Positions 17,185 through 24,893 of a stretch of DNA of 32,000 bases are shown here, in pieces. This stretch comes from Paracoccus suum (GTDB lineage: Bacteria > Pseudomonadota > Alphaproteobacteria > Rhodobacterales > Rhodobacteraceae): positions 660,001-692,000 of the forward strand of contig NZ_CP030918.1 of NCBI RefSeq assembly GCF_003324675.1, in the 5' to 3' direction. Below the pieces are notes generated by a model. The model was not told the DNA's origin, searched no databases, and worked only from the letters and a program-made list of their open reading frames with translations. The first letter of the stretch is position 1; every line of letters starts with the position of its first letter. A program made the position numbers and the translations under genes.

Positions 17185-17979
17185 ATGGGGGCCGGAATGG
17201 ATCTGGGGATCAAGGGAAAGCGGGCACTGGTCTGTGCCGCGTCAAAAGGCCTCGGCCTTGGCTGCGCCGAGGCGCTGGCCGAAGCCGGGGTCAATCTGGT
17301 CATCAACGCTCGCGGGCGCGATGCCCTGACCCGAGCCGCCTACAGCCTCGCCGACCGCTTTGGCGTCATGGTCGAGCCTGTGGCCGGCGACATCACAACC
17401 GAGGAGGGCCGCGACAAGGTGCTGACCGCCCTCGGCGGGCAGGCCGATATCCTTGTGAACAACGCCGGCGGCCCGCCCCCCGGCAACTGGACCGACTGGA
17501 GCCGCGACGACTTTATCCGCGCCTTCGACGGCAACCTGCTGTCGGCCGTGGCGCTGATGCAGGCGCTGGTGCCGGGCATGGCGGAGCGCGGCTGGGGCCG
17601 GGTGGTCAACATCACCTCGCAATCGGTGAAGGCGCCGATCCCGGAGCTTGGCCTGTCGAACACTGCCCGCCTTGGGCTGACCGGCTTTGTTGCCGGCGTC
17701 TCGCGCCAGGTTGCGCCGCAAGGGGTGTGCATCAACAACCTGCTGCCGGGGATGCATGCGACCGACCGGATGGTCCAGCTGGACGAAAATGCCTCTAAAT
17801 CCCAGGGCATCACGCCCGAGGAGGCGCGCGCCCGCCGCGTGAGCGCCATCCCCACTGGCAGCTATGGCGAGGCCGCCGATTTCGGCGCCACATGCGCGTT
17901 CCTGTGCTCGCAACAGGCGCGCTTTATCGTCGGCCAGAACATCCTGCTCGACGGCGGGGCAAGTCGCGCGACCCTGTGA
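17185..17979 (+). CDS. SDR-family oxidoreductase
   Basis: KGKRALVCAASKGLGLGCAEALAEAGVNLVINAR is a Rossmann motif, and NNAGG is also present. Possible starts are the ATGs at 17185 and 17197. The 648-aa track ORF is an artefactual N-terminal extension antisense to the NMO gene. Confidence 0.85.
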   Translation: MGAGMDLGIKGKRALVCAASKGLGLGCAEALAEAGVNLVINARGRDALTRAAYSLADRFGVMVEPVAGDITTEEGRDKVLTALGGQADILVNNAGGPPPGNWTDWSRDDFIRAFDGNLLSAVALMQALVPGMAERGWGRVVNITSQSVKAPIPELGLSNTARLGLTGFVAGVSRQVAPQGVCINNLLPGMHATDRMVQLDENASKSQGITPEEARARRVSAIPTGSYGEAADFGATCAFLCSQQARFIVGQNILLDGGASRATL

Positions 17980-18025
17980 CATTTCGCCCGCTCGCGGGCA
18001 AATTGCGAAAATGTCACGCAATTTG
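17976..18025. repeat. Nested inverted repeats upstream of the BLUF gene
   Basis: The outer pair is GTGACATTTCGC (17976-17987) and GCGAAAATGTCAC (18005-18017), with a one-base offset. The inner pair is a perfect 9-bp palindrome, CAAATTGCG (17999-18007) and CGCAATTTG (18017-18025). A GC hairpin, GCCCG-CTCG-CGGGC, lies at 17986-17999. Confidence 0.7.
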
Positions 18026-18092
18026 ATGAGCATGTCGGCCCGGCCGGATGTATCTTCGTCCGAATGGGCAAAGTGCCCGCAGGGACAGGCAG

Positions 18093-18548
18093 ATGAATAC
18101 TCAGGCAGGAACGCTGCGCGCGTCGACGGCGGGTCAACTCGTCTCGGTGCTGTATCGCAGCCACGCATTGCTTTCTCGCGATGCGTTCGAGGCGTCGGGT
18201 GCACCGGCCCAATTCGCGGCCAACAATCGCCTGCGGGGAATCACGGGCTATCTGCATATCGAGGATGGGATGTTCTATCAGCATCTCGAGGGTGAAGCCG
18301 GGGCCATCGGTCCGCTGTGGAATGCAATCGCTGCCGACCCGCGCCATCGTGACGTAACGGAAATAGGCGGCGGCGCCATTGCGACTCGCCGATTCGATCG
18401 CTGGGCGATGGGATACAATGCCTCCGACCACCGCTCGCTGTTCGACTGGACGGCGCGTTCGGGGCTGTCACTGAAGGGCCGGCACTATGCCCAGGTGCTG
18501 ACCGCATTCCTGGAATATGCCAGCGCCGGCGCGCGCGTGCCCGCCTAA
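18093..18548 (+). CDS. Short BLUF-domain (blue-light FAD) photoreceptor, 151 aa
   Basis: LVSVLYRSHA (conserved Tyr), NNRLRGITGYL, FYQHLEGE (conserved Gln), DPRHRDV and RRFDRWAMGY (Trp/Met) align with the BLUF core of AppA/BlrB-type proteins. A ~50-aa C-terminal extension follows. AGGGA lies upstream of the ATG at 18093. Confidence 0.8.
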   Translation: MNTQAGTLRASTAGQLVSVLYRSHALLSRDAFEASGAPAQFAANNRLRGITGYLHIEDGMFYQHLEGEAGAIGPLWNAIAADPRHRDVTEIGGGAIATRRFDRWAMGYNASDHRSLFDWTARSGLSLKGRHYAQVLTAFLEYASAGARVPA

Positions 18549-18565
18549 CTCATTACGCAATGAGC

Positions 18566-18605
18566 AAAAAAGAACACCCACCGGCGCGCGGGCCGGTGGG
18601 TGTTC
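18566..18605 (-). terminator. Intrinsic terminator of hvrA (possibly bidirectional with the BLUF gene)
   Basis: A perfect 14-bp stem pairs GAACACCCACCGGC (18572-18585) with GCCGGTGGGTGTTC (18592-18605) across a 6-nt loop. On the minus strand it is followed by U6 (A-run at 18566-18571). Confidence 0.7.
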
Positions 18606-18625
18606 CATTCTGCAGCCTTGGGCTT

Positions 18626-18979
18626 TCAGATCGCCAGATCTTCCAAGGCCTTGCCAGCCTCTAGGCTGTTTTTCACCCACTGCGGCCGACGCCCACGGCC
18701 CGACCACGTCTGGCTGGCGTCGTCGGGGTTGGCGTAGCGGGCATCACCCGCCGGGCGCGCACCCTGCGCCGCGCGGGTGCCGGTGGCACGCGAGCCGCGA
18801 CGTTGACGTGTCACTTCGGCCAGGCTGGAAAAGCCGTGGGCACGAACGGCCTCCTCAGCGGCGGCCATCGCCTCGCGGCGTTTTCGATCGGCAAAGCTGG
18901 AAAGGGCACGATCAACCTTCGCGCGCAAGGCGCGCAATTCTTCCTGGGACATGTCTTCCAGGTTGGAATCATCAATCAT
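18626..18979 (-). CDS. hvrA: H-NS-family nucleoid-associated protein, HvrA/Spb-like
   Basis: The C-terminal DNA-binding motif is TWSGRGRRPQWV, and the N-terminus is coiled-coil-like. It sits immediately downstream of regA, as in the R. capsulatus senC-regA-hvrA operon. Confidence 0.8.
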   Translation of the reverse strand: MIDDSNLEDMSQEELRALRAKVDRALSSFADRKRREAMAAAEEAVRAHGFSSLAEVTRQRRGSRATGTRAAQGARPAGDARYANPDDASQTWSGRGRRPQWVKNSLEAGKALEDLAI

Positions 18980-19061
18980 TTGCGTTCCCCCATTCTTATT
19001 GTCAGCATTCCATGTAAGCCGGCGTTAACCATATTACACGGCCTGCGCAAGGGTTCTGCGA

Positions 19062-19616
19062 TTAGCGCGGGCCGCGTTTGGCCAGAATGCGCTGCAATGT
19101 GCGACGGTGCATATGCAGGCGTCGGGCCGTTTCACTGACATTCCGATCGCATTGCTCGAACACGCGCTGGATGTGTTCCCAGCGTACACGGTCGGCGGAC
19201 ATCGGATTTTCCGCGGGCGGCGGGAGCATTTCGCCAGAAGCCAGCAATGCCGCAGTCACATCATTGGCATCTGCGGGCTTGGACAGATAGTCGGTGGCGC
19301 CCATCTTGACCGCGGCAACGGCGGTCGCGATTGCACCATAGCCTGTCAGAACGACAATTCGCGCGTCGGGACGGGCGGTGCGCAGATCCTCGACCACATC
19401 GAGGCCGCTGCCGTCCTCCAGCCGCAGGTCAATGACTGCGAAGGCCGGCGCGCTGTCGGCAACGGCGGCCCGTGCCTGCGCAACGGAGGCCGCGGTACGT
19501 GTTTGAAAACCGCGTTTTTCCATGGCCCGCGCCAGGCGCTCGACAAAGGCGGTGTCATCGTCGACCAGCAGCAGCGAGCGGTCCTGATCTGGCCCCAGTT
19601 CAACCTGCGCGCCCAT
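19062..19616 (-). CDS. regA: Redox response regulator RegA/PrrA/ActR
   Basis: The receiver domain has DRSLLLVDDD...AVIDLRLEDGSG. The near-invariant C-terminal HTH is NVSETARRLHMHRRTLQRILAKRGPR. The ATG at 19616 gives 184 aa, whereas the track start at 19622 is a TTG. Confidence 0.92.
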   Translation of the reverse strand: MGAQVELGPDQDRSLLLVDDDTAFVERLARAMEKRGFQTRTAASVAQARAAVADSAPAFAVIDLRLEDGSGLDVVEDLRTARPDARIVVLTGYGAIATAVAAVKMGATDYLSKPADANDVTAALLASGEMLPPPAENPMSADRVRWEHIQRVFEQCDRNVSETARRLHMHRRTLQRILAKRGPR

Positions 19617-19674
19617 GTGCAACCCCCGTGCCGCCGCGAATTTTGCGCGACACTATGACCCGGGAGCGTCGTGG

Positions 19675-20310
19675 TCAAATTTTGCGGTCGGCTTTCACGA
19701 AACAGGCGACGCGGCTGGCCATATCCTCGGGCGTGACTTCGCGGGTGAAGAATTCGACCGTGCCCGCGTCGGGCAGCACCAGGAATGTATTGGTCATGTG
19801 ATCGACCAGGTAATACGGATCGCCGTCGTCATGCGCCTTGAAATAGTTGCGCCACTGCTTGTTCACCGCGGCTATTTCCTCGGGCGATCCTGTCAGGCCG
19901 AGCATGTTCGGATGCAGCGCATCAGTGAAATCGCGCAGCGCCTCGGGGGTGTCGCGTTTCGGATCGACCGTCACGAACACGGTGCCGACGTCATGGCCGG
20001 CCTCTTTCAGCAGATCGACGGCCTGCGCATTGCGCGCGCCATCCATCGGGCAGACATCGGGGCAAAACGTATAGCCGAAATAAAGCAGCGTCGGCTTAGT
20101 AAAGACCTCGCGGTCGGTGACGCGCTTGCCATTCTCATCGGTCAGGGTGAACGGGCCACCAAAGCTCTCCATGCCGCCGCCCGCCGCGCCCTGGGTGCAA
20201 CCGGCGAAACGATCCCCCCCGGCCCGCTGGCCCAGCGCCCAGGCGCCGATCCCCAGCAGCGCGAGCGCGGCGATGGTTGCAGCAATGATGATCCGGCGGC
20301 TCTTCGTCAC
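19675..20310 (-). CDS. senC: SCO1/SenC/PrrC copper chaperone / thiol-disulfide oxidoreductase
   Basis: The N-terminal TM segment is RRIIIAATIAALALLGIGAW. The CxxxC motif is FCPDVCP, and the conserved His is in YLVDHMT. I chose the GTG at 20310 (AAGGA 7 nt upstream, 211 aa). An alternative ATG at 20385 would leave only 30 bp to regB. Confidence 0.85.
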   Translation of the reverse strand: MTKSRRIIIAATIAALALLGIGAWALGQRAGGDRFAGCTQGAAGGGMESFGGPFTLTDENGKRVTDREVFTKPTLLYFGYTFCPDVCPMDGARNAQAVDLLKEAGHDVGTVFVTVDPKRDTPEALRDFTDALHPNMLGLTGSPEEIAAVNKQWRNYFKAHDDGDPYYLVDHMTNTFLVLPDAGTVEFFTREVTPEDMASRVACFVKADRKI

Positions 20311-20415
20311 GACCGCGTCCTTTTGGTCTGGCTGATGTCGCGGGCATTGATCGCTGATCGCCGCGGGCGTATCAAGCGCGCCCATGTCGCACGTGCGACG
20401 CAAGGGTAAGGCGAG

Positions 20416-21744
20416 ATGGACAGAACCGACCGCCCGATACCGCACCCCCATAACGAGCCGATCCGCCTGCGCACGCTGATCCTGCTGCGCTGGGTCGCAA
20501 TTCTTGGCCAGTTGGTTGCGGTCGCCGTGGCTGTGGCGCTGGGGCTGCATTTCCAGAATGGCATGGTCCTTGGCGTGATCGCGATCGGGGCGGGGCTGAA
20601 CCTCGTGCTATCCTGGCGCGGAGTGCGGCCGGATGGCTGGCAGGTGACGGCCCAGCTGGCGCTCGACGTGGCGCAGGTCGCGGCGCTGCTGGTGCTGACC
20701 GGGGGCATGTCGAACCCGTTCGCGCTGCTGATCCTGGCGCCCGTGACGATTGCCGCGACCGCCCTCAATCGCAACAACGTGCTGTTTCTGGGGCTGGCGA
20801 CGGCGGCCATGGTCTCGTTCGCGGCCGTCATGTCGCTGCCGCTGGTGGACCGCGCCGGCCATGAACTGAAGATGCCGCACCTGCTGGAGGTCGGGCACTG
20901 GTTCGCGCTGGTCATCGCCATCTGCTTTTTCGCCGCCTACGCGCTGCGCGTGTCGAACGAGTTGCGCGCCCGCGCCACCGCCCTGTCGGCGACCGAGATG
21001 GCCCTCGCGCGCGAGCAGAAGCTGCAGCACCTGGGCGGGGTGGTCGCCGCTGCGGCGCATGAGATGGGCACACCGCTCGCGACCATCAAGCTGATCAGCA
21101 CAGAGCTTGCGGATGAGCTTTCAGACATTCTGGAAGATCGCCCGGAGTTGGCGGGTGACTTGGCACTGCTGCGCCAGTCCGCCGACCGCTGCCGCGATAT
21201 CCTGCGCAGCATGGGACGGGCCGGCAAGGACGACGTCATGCTGCACAACGCGCCGCTCGGCGCGCTGATCGAGGAGGCTGCCGCCCCCCACGCCGCCCGC
21301 GGCCGGATTGTGCAGAGCATGTCTGCGGACGGTTCCTCGCCCGAGCCGATGGTCAAGCGCGACCCGGGCGTGATCCACGGGCTGCGCAATCTGGTCCAGA
21401 ACGCGGTCGATTTCGCCGCCCATACTGTGCGCGTGGAGGCGGCATGGAACGCGAGCCGGGTCATGGTCACGATCTCGGATGACGGCCCCGGCTATTCGCC
21501 CGCCATGCTGGCCCGGATTGGCGAGCCGTTCCTGCGCGCGCGCCGCCCCGACGACGACCGGCCCGGCTACGAGGGCATGGGGTTGGGTTTGTTCATCGCA
21601 AAGACGCTGCTCGAACGCTCGGGCGCGACGCTGACGTTCCGAAACGGCGGCCCCGGCGCGGTGGTCGAAGTCGCCTGGCCGCGCGCCCGGATCGAAAGCG
21701 ATATCCGCGGACCCCTTGGCGATAACCCGGAAATTACCGCCTGA
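20416..21744 (+). CDS. regB: Redox-sensing histidine kinase RegB/PrrB
   Basis: The N-terminus is multi-TM and contains GGMSNPF, matching the quinone-binding GGxxNPF motif described for RegB. The H-box is AAAAHEMGTPLATIKL. The redox-box cysteine lies in SADRCRDILRSM. The G-box is GMGLGLFIAK. Confidence 0.92.
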   Translation: MDRTDRPIPHPHNEPIRLRTLILLRWVAILGQLVAVAVAVALGLHFQNGMVLGVIAIGAGLNLVLSWRGVRPDGWQVTAQLALDVAQVAALLVLTGGMSNPFALLILAPVTIAATALNRNNVLFLGLATAAMVSFAAVMSLPLVDRAGHELKMPHLLEVGHWFALVIAICFFAAYALRVSNELRARATALSATEMALAREQKLQHLGGVVAAAAHEMGTPLATIKLISTELADELSDILEDRPELAGDLALLRQSADRCRDILRSMGRAGKDDVMLHNAPLGALIEEAAAPHAARGRIVQSMSADGSSPEPMVKRDPGVIHGLRNLVQNAVDFAAHTVRVEAAWNASRVMVTISDDGPGYSPAMLARIGEPFLRARRPDDDRPGYEGMGLGLFIAKTLLERSGATLTFRNGGPGAVVEVAWPRARIESDIRGPLGDNPEITA

Positions 21745-21839
21745 CACAGCCATTCGCGCCTTGTGAATCGTTAATCGCTTATTAATAGATCGAAACTACC
21801 CCTGCGGTTGCAGGATGGAATCGCGATGGCGGTGCGAAA

Positions 21840-23558
21840 GTGTGGGTGACGTCGATCATAGCAGTCGGTGCGGCAACGCTGTCGCTGCTTTTGGCCCTGA
21901 TGCTCTCGCGCTATCTGGAACCGGGCGATGCGGGGCGTGGGCGCCGGCTGGAGCAGCGGATCGCGCCCACCGCATTTCTGTATCGCGGCGAGCAACTGGT
22001 GGACGCCACCCCGCCGGCGCGCGCCCTGCTGACCCGCCTCGCCAGCGCCGACCGCACCAGCCTGCTCGGCTGGATCGAGGGTCGGGTGCCTGGTACATTA
22101 TCCGCCCTTGCGGCGCTTCCGAGCGTCGGCCGGATCGAGGTCGACGGCGGTCAGGGGCGGGGCAGCGCCCGGCTGCGCCTGACGGCCGAGGATCTGGGTG
22201 GCGGCATGACCCGGCTGACACTGGCCGACCCGATGGCGGAATCAGCCGGGATCCTGGTCGATTCGCTCTCGCAATCCGCACTGGAGGAGGAGGCGTCGAT
22301 GCTGCGCGATGGCATCGACAACGCCCCGATGCTGGCCTGGCGACAGGGGGCAGACGGCCAAGTCACCTGGGCCAATACCCCATACCTGGCCGAGGCCGAG
22401 GCGCACAGCCGCGACACCGGCGGCGCGACATGGCCTCTGCCGCGCCTGTTCGATCTGCCACTGGCGGGCATCCTCGCTGCCGACCTTGCGGCCGCTGACC
22501 ACCCGGGGGCCGCACGGTCTCCCCCCCACCGCGCCAAGCTCGAAGGCGGCTTGCGGCCCGCTGGCACGTCGCAGGCCCTACGCTGGTTCGACTGCCACGC
22601 GCTCAGTTCAGGAGGGGAAACGCTGTGCTTTGCCCTGCCCGCCGATGCCGCCGTCAAGGCCGAGCGCAACCTGCGCGAGTTCGTGCAAACGCTGACCAAG
22701 ACGTTTGCCGACCTGCCGATCGGCCTCGCGATCTTCGACAACCAGCGCAAGCTTCAGTTGTTCAACCCGGCGCTGACCGAATTGACGACGCTCTCGATCA
22801 GCTTTCTCACTGCGCGGCCCAGCCTGCACACCTTCCTCGACCGCCTCCGGGAGGCGCGGATGGTCCCCGAGCCGCGGGACTATCGTACCTGGCGCAAGCA
22901 GATGAGCACGCTGGAGGCCGCCGCCGCCTCCGGACACCATGTCGAGACTTGGTCGCTGCCCGGCGGCCAGACCTACCGCGTCACCGGGCGCCCGCATCCG
23001 GATGGGGCGCTGGCCTTCCTGTTCGAGGATATCACCTCGGAGATGTCGCTGACCCGGCGCTTTCGCGCGCAGTTAACGCTGGGGGCAATGGTCGTCGACG
23101 CACTGGACGAGGCGCTGGGCGTCTTTGCCCCCGATGGACAGATGGTGCTGGAAAACGAAGCTTGGCGCCGGCTATGGGGCGGGGGCGCCTTGCCCCTGCC
23201 CGAGCGGCTGCGCGCGATCGAGGCTGCGCTCGATGCCAGCGGCGGGGCCGGCGCCCGTCCAGGCCTCGCCCGCCTGACTCAGCATTTGACCCAAGACAAG
23301 GAACGCCGCCCCGCCTCGGGCGCGATGCTCGGGCCGCACGGGCTGCTCGGCTGGCAGGTCACGCCCCTGCCAGGTGGCCAGGTGATGGTCGGCTTTTCGA
23401 CCAACCCCGCCCGCCTGCCGCAGGCGGGTGGTGGCGAGGCGACTCCACGGGAAGCGCTTGCCCCCCTCGGCCTCCCATCGACCGGCCTGGCCGAAGAAGA
23501 AGCCGCCCCGGCGCGCGCGGCGCACCAAACGAACCCGTCATCGGCCTCGATCAGCTAG
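21840..23558 (+). CDS. Membrane-anchored multi-PAS-like protein without a recognisable output domain
   Basis: There is one N-terminal hydrophobic helix (VTSIIAVGAATLSLLLALMLS). About four PAS-like modules follow, for example APMLAWRQGADGQVTWANTPYL, LPIGLAIFDNQRKLQLFNPAL...GALAFLFEDITSE and ALGVFAPDGQMVLENEAWRRLWG. The C-terminal tail is Ala/Pro/Gly-rich. I saw no H-box, N/G boxes, REC, GGDEF/EAL or HTH. The start is uncertain (GTG at 21840 or 21846). Confidence 0.7.
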   Translation: MWVTSIIAVGAATLSLLLALMLSRYLEPGDAGRGRRLEQRIAPTAFLYRGEQLVDATPPARALLTRLASADRTSLLGWIEGRVPGTLSALAALPSVGRIEVDGGQGRGSARLRLTAEDLGGGMTRLTLADPMAESAGILVDSLSQSALEEEASMLRDGIDNAPMLAWRQGADGQVTWANTPYLAEAEAHSRDTGGATWPLPRLFDLPLAGILAADLAAADHPGAARSPPHRAKLEGGLRPAGTSQALRWFDCHALSSGGETLCFALPADAAVKAERNLREFVQTLTKTFADLPIGLAIFDNQRKLQLFNPALTELTTLSISFLTARPSLHTFLDRLREARMVPEPRDYRTWRKQMSTLEAAAASGHHVETWSLPGGQTYRVTGRPHPDGALAFLFEDITSEMSLTRRFRAQLTLGAMVVDALDEALGVFAPDGQMVLENEAWRRLWGGGALPLPERLRAIEAALDASGGAGARPGLARLTQHLTQDKERRPASGAMLGPHGLLGWQVTPLPGGQVMVGFSTNPARLPQAGGGEATPREALAPLGLPSTGLAEEEAAPARAAHQTNPSSASIS

Positions 23559-23562
23559 CTGC

Positions 23563-23592
23563 TTGTCCCAAGGCCACCCCGAGGGTTATAAT
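23563..23592 (+). promoter_or_regulatory. Candidate sigma70-type promoter for the PQQ dehydrogenase gene
   Basis: TTGTCC (23563-23568), an 18-nt spacer, then TATAAT (23587-23592), about 65 nt upstream of the ATG at 23659. This is a pattern match only. Confidence 0.35.
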
Positions 23593-23658
23593 TTGTTAGA
23601 CCCCGGGACGCCGCGCGCCCCGGAGCCGGCTGCCCACGTAAAAATGGGAGGACGTGGA

Positions 23659-24849
23659 ATGACGACCCGTATCATTGCTGGCATTGCAGCCGCATTGGCG
23701 TTGGCCGCCCCCGCCGCCGCGCAGGATTTCAACGCAGCGCCACCGAACGGAAAGGGCCAGCAACCGGCCTTCCCCGGTCAGACCCGCGCCCCGGTCATGG
23801 CCAGCGATGTCGCCCTGGAAACCCAGACCGTAACCGCCGGGCTGGAGCATCCCTGGGGCATGGCGGAACTGCCGAACGCAAAGGGCTGGCTGGTCACCGA
23901 AAGACCCGGCCGCCTGCGCCTGATCGGTCCCGACGGCAAGATGTCCGCGCCAATCAAAGGCCTGCCAAAGGTGGACAGCCGCGGCCAAGGCGGACTGCTC
24001 GACGTTGCACTGGCACCCGACTTCGCGCAGAGCCGCCGCATCTTTTTCAGCTTTTCCGAGCCGCGCGAAGACGGCAAGAACGGCACCGCCGTCGGCACCG
24101 GCATACTGGATGATGCCATGACCACGCTGGGCGAGACCAAGGTCATCTTCCAGCAGCAGCCGGCCTGGGATTCCGACAAGCACTTCGGCTCGCGCCTCGT
24201 GTTCGACCGCGAGGGGATGCTGTTCGTCACCACCGGCGAGCGCTCCAACCCCGAGCCGCGGCAGCTTGCGCAGGACGTGACCACCGACCTCGGCAAGGTC
24301 ATCCGCATCCCCCCGGACGGCCAGTCCGCGCCCGGCAATCCGCAAATCCAGAACGGTCGCCTCGAGATCTACAGCTATGGCCACCGTAACCTGCAAGCCG
24401 CCGCGCTGGCGCCCGACGGCACGCTTTGGACCATCGAGCATGGCCCCAAGGGTGGGGACGAGCTGAACCATATCCGCCCCGGCGTGAACTACGGCTGGCC
24501 GATTATCACCTATGGCACCGATTACAGCGGCGCACCGATCGGCGAAGGCATCACGTCGCAAGAGGGGCTGGAGCAGCCCGTATACTACTGGGACCCGGTC
24601 ATCGGCCCGTCCGGCATGACCTTCTATGACGGGGCGATGTTCCCGGAGTGGAAGGGCCAGATCGTGGCGGGCGGCCTCGTGAGCCAAAGCATCGTTCGGC
24701 TGGCGCTGGAAGGGGACAAGGTCACGGGCGAGGCACGCGATCTGCAAGGCATCGGTCGGGTGCGCGACGTCGCCGTCGCGGCGGACGGGGCGTTGATGTT
24801 GCTGACGGACGCAGATGACGGGGCGCTGATCCGCGTGACGCGCAAGTAG
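23659..24849 (+). CDS. PQQ-dependent sugar (aldose/sorbosone) dehydrogenase, soluble beta-propeller type
   Basis: The signal peptide is MTTRIIAGIAAALALAAPAAA. Family-typical motifs are HPWGMA, GGLLDVALAPDF, YSYGHRN and GGDELNHIRPGVNYGWP. GGGAGGA lies 6 nt upstream of the ATG at 23659. Confidence 0.85.
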   Translation: MTTRIIAGIAAALALAAPAAAQDFNAAPPNGKGQQPAFPGQTRAPVMASDVALETQTVTAGLEHPWGMAELPNAKGWLVTERPGRLRLIGPDGKMSAPIKGLPKVDSRGQGGLLDVALAPDFAQSRRIFFSFSEPREDGKNGTAVGTGILDDAMTTLGETKVIFQQQPAWDSDKHFGSRLVFDREGMLFVTTGERSNPEPRQLAQDVTTDLGKVIRIPPDGQSAPGNPQIQNGRLEIYSYGHRNLQAAALAPDGTLWTIEHGPKGGDELNHIRPGVNYGWPIITYGTDYSGAPIGEGITSQEGLEQPVYYWDPVIGPSGMTFYDGAMFPEWKGQIVAGGLVSQSIVRLALEGDKVTGEARDLQGIGRVRDVAVAADGALMLLTDADDGALIRVTRK

Positions 24850-24893
24850 AGTACAATCGCCGGCGGCGTGCCCAGGCGCGCCGCGGCAGGCTC

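Noticed and set aside
17975-18029. PpsR/CrtJ-type TGT-N12-ACA sites or CRP/FNR-type TGTGA-N6-TCACA sites within the palindromic region upstream of the BLUF gene.
   Set aside because: I checked the spacing by hand. Neither TGT (17975 or 18012) is followed by ACA after 12 nt, and there is no TCACA half-site at the CRP spacing.
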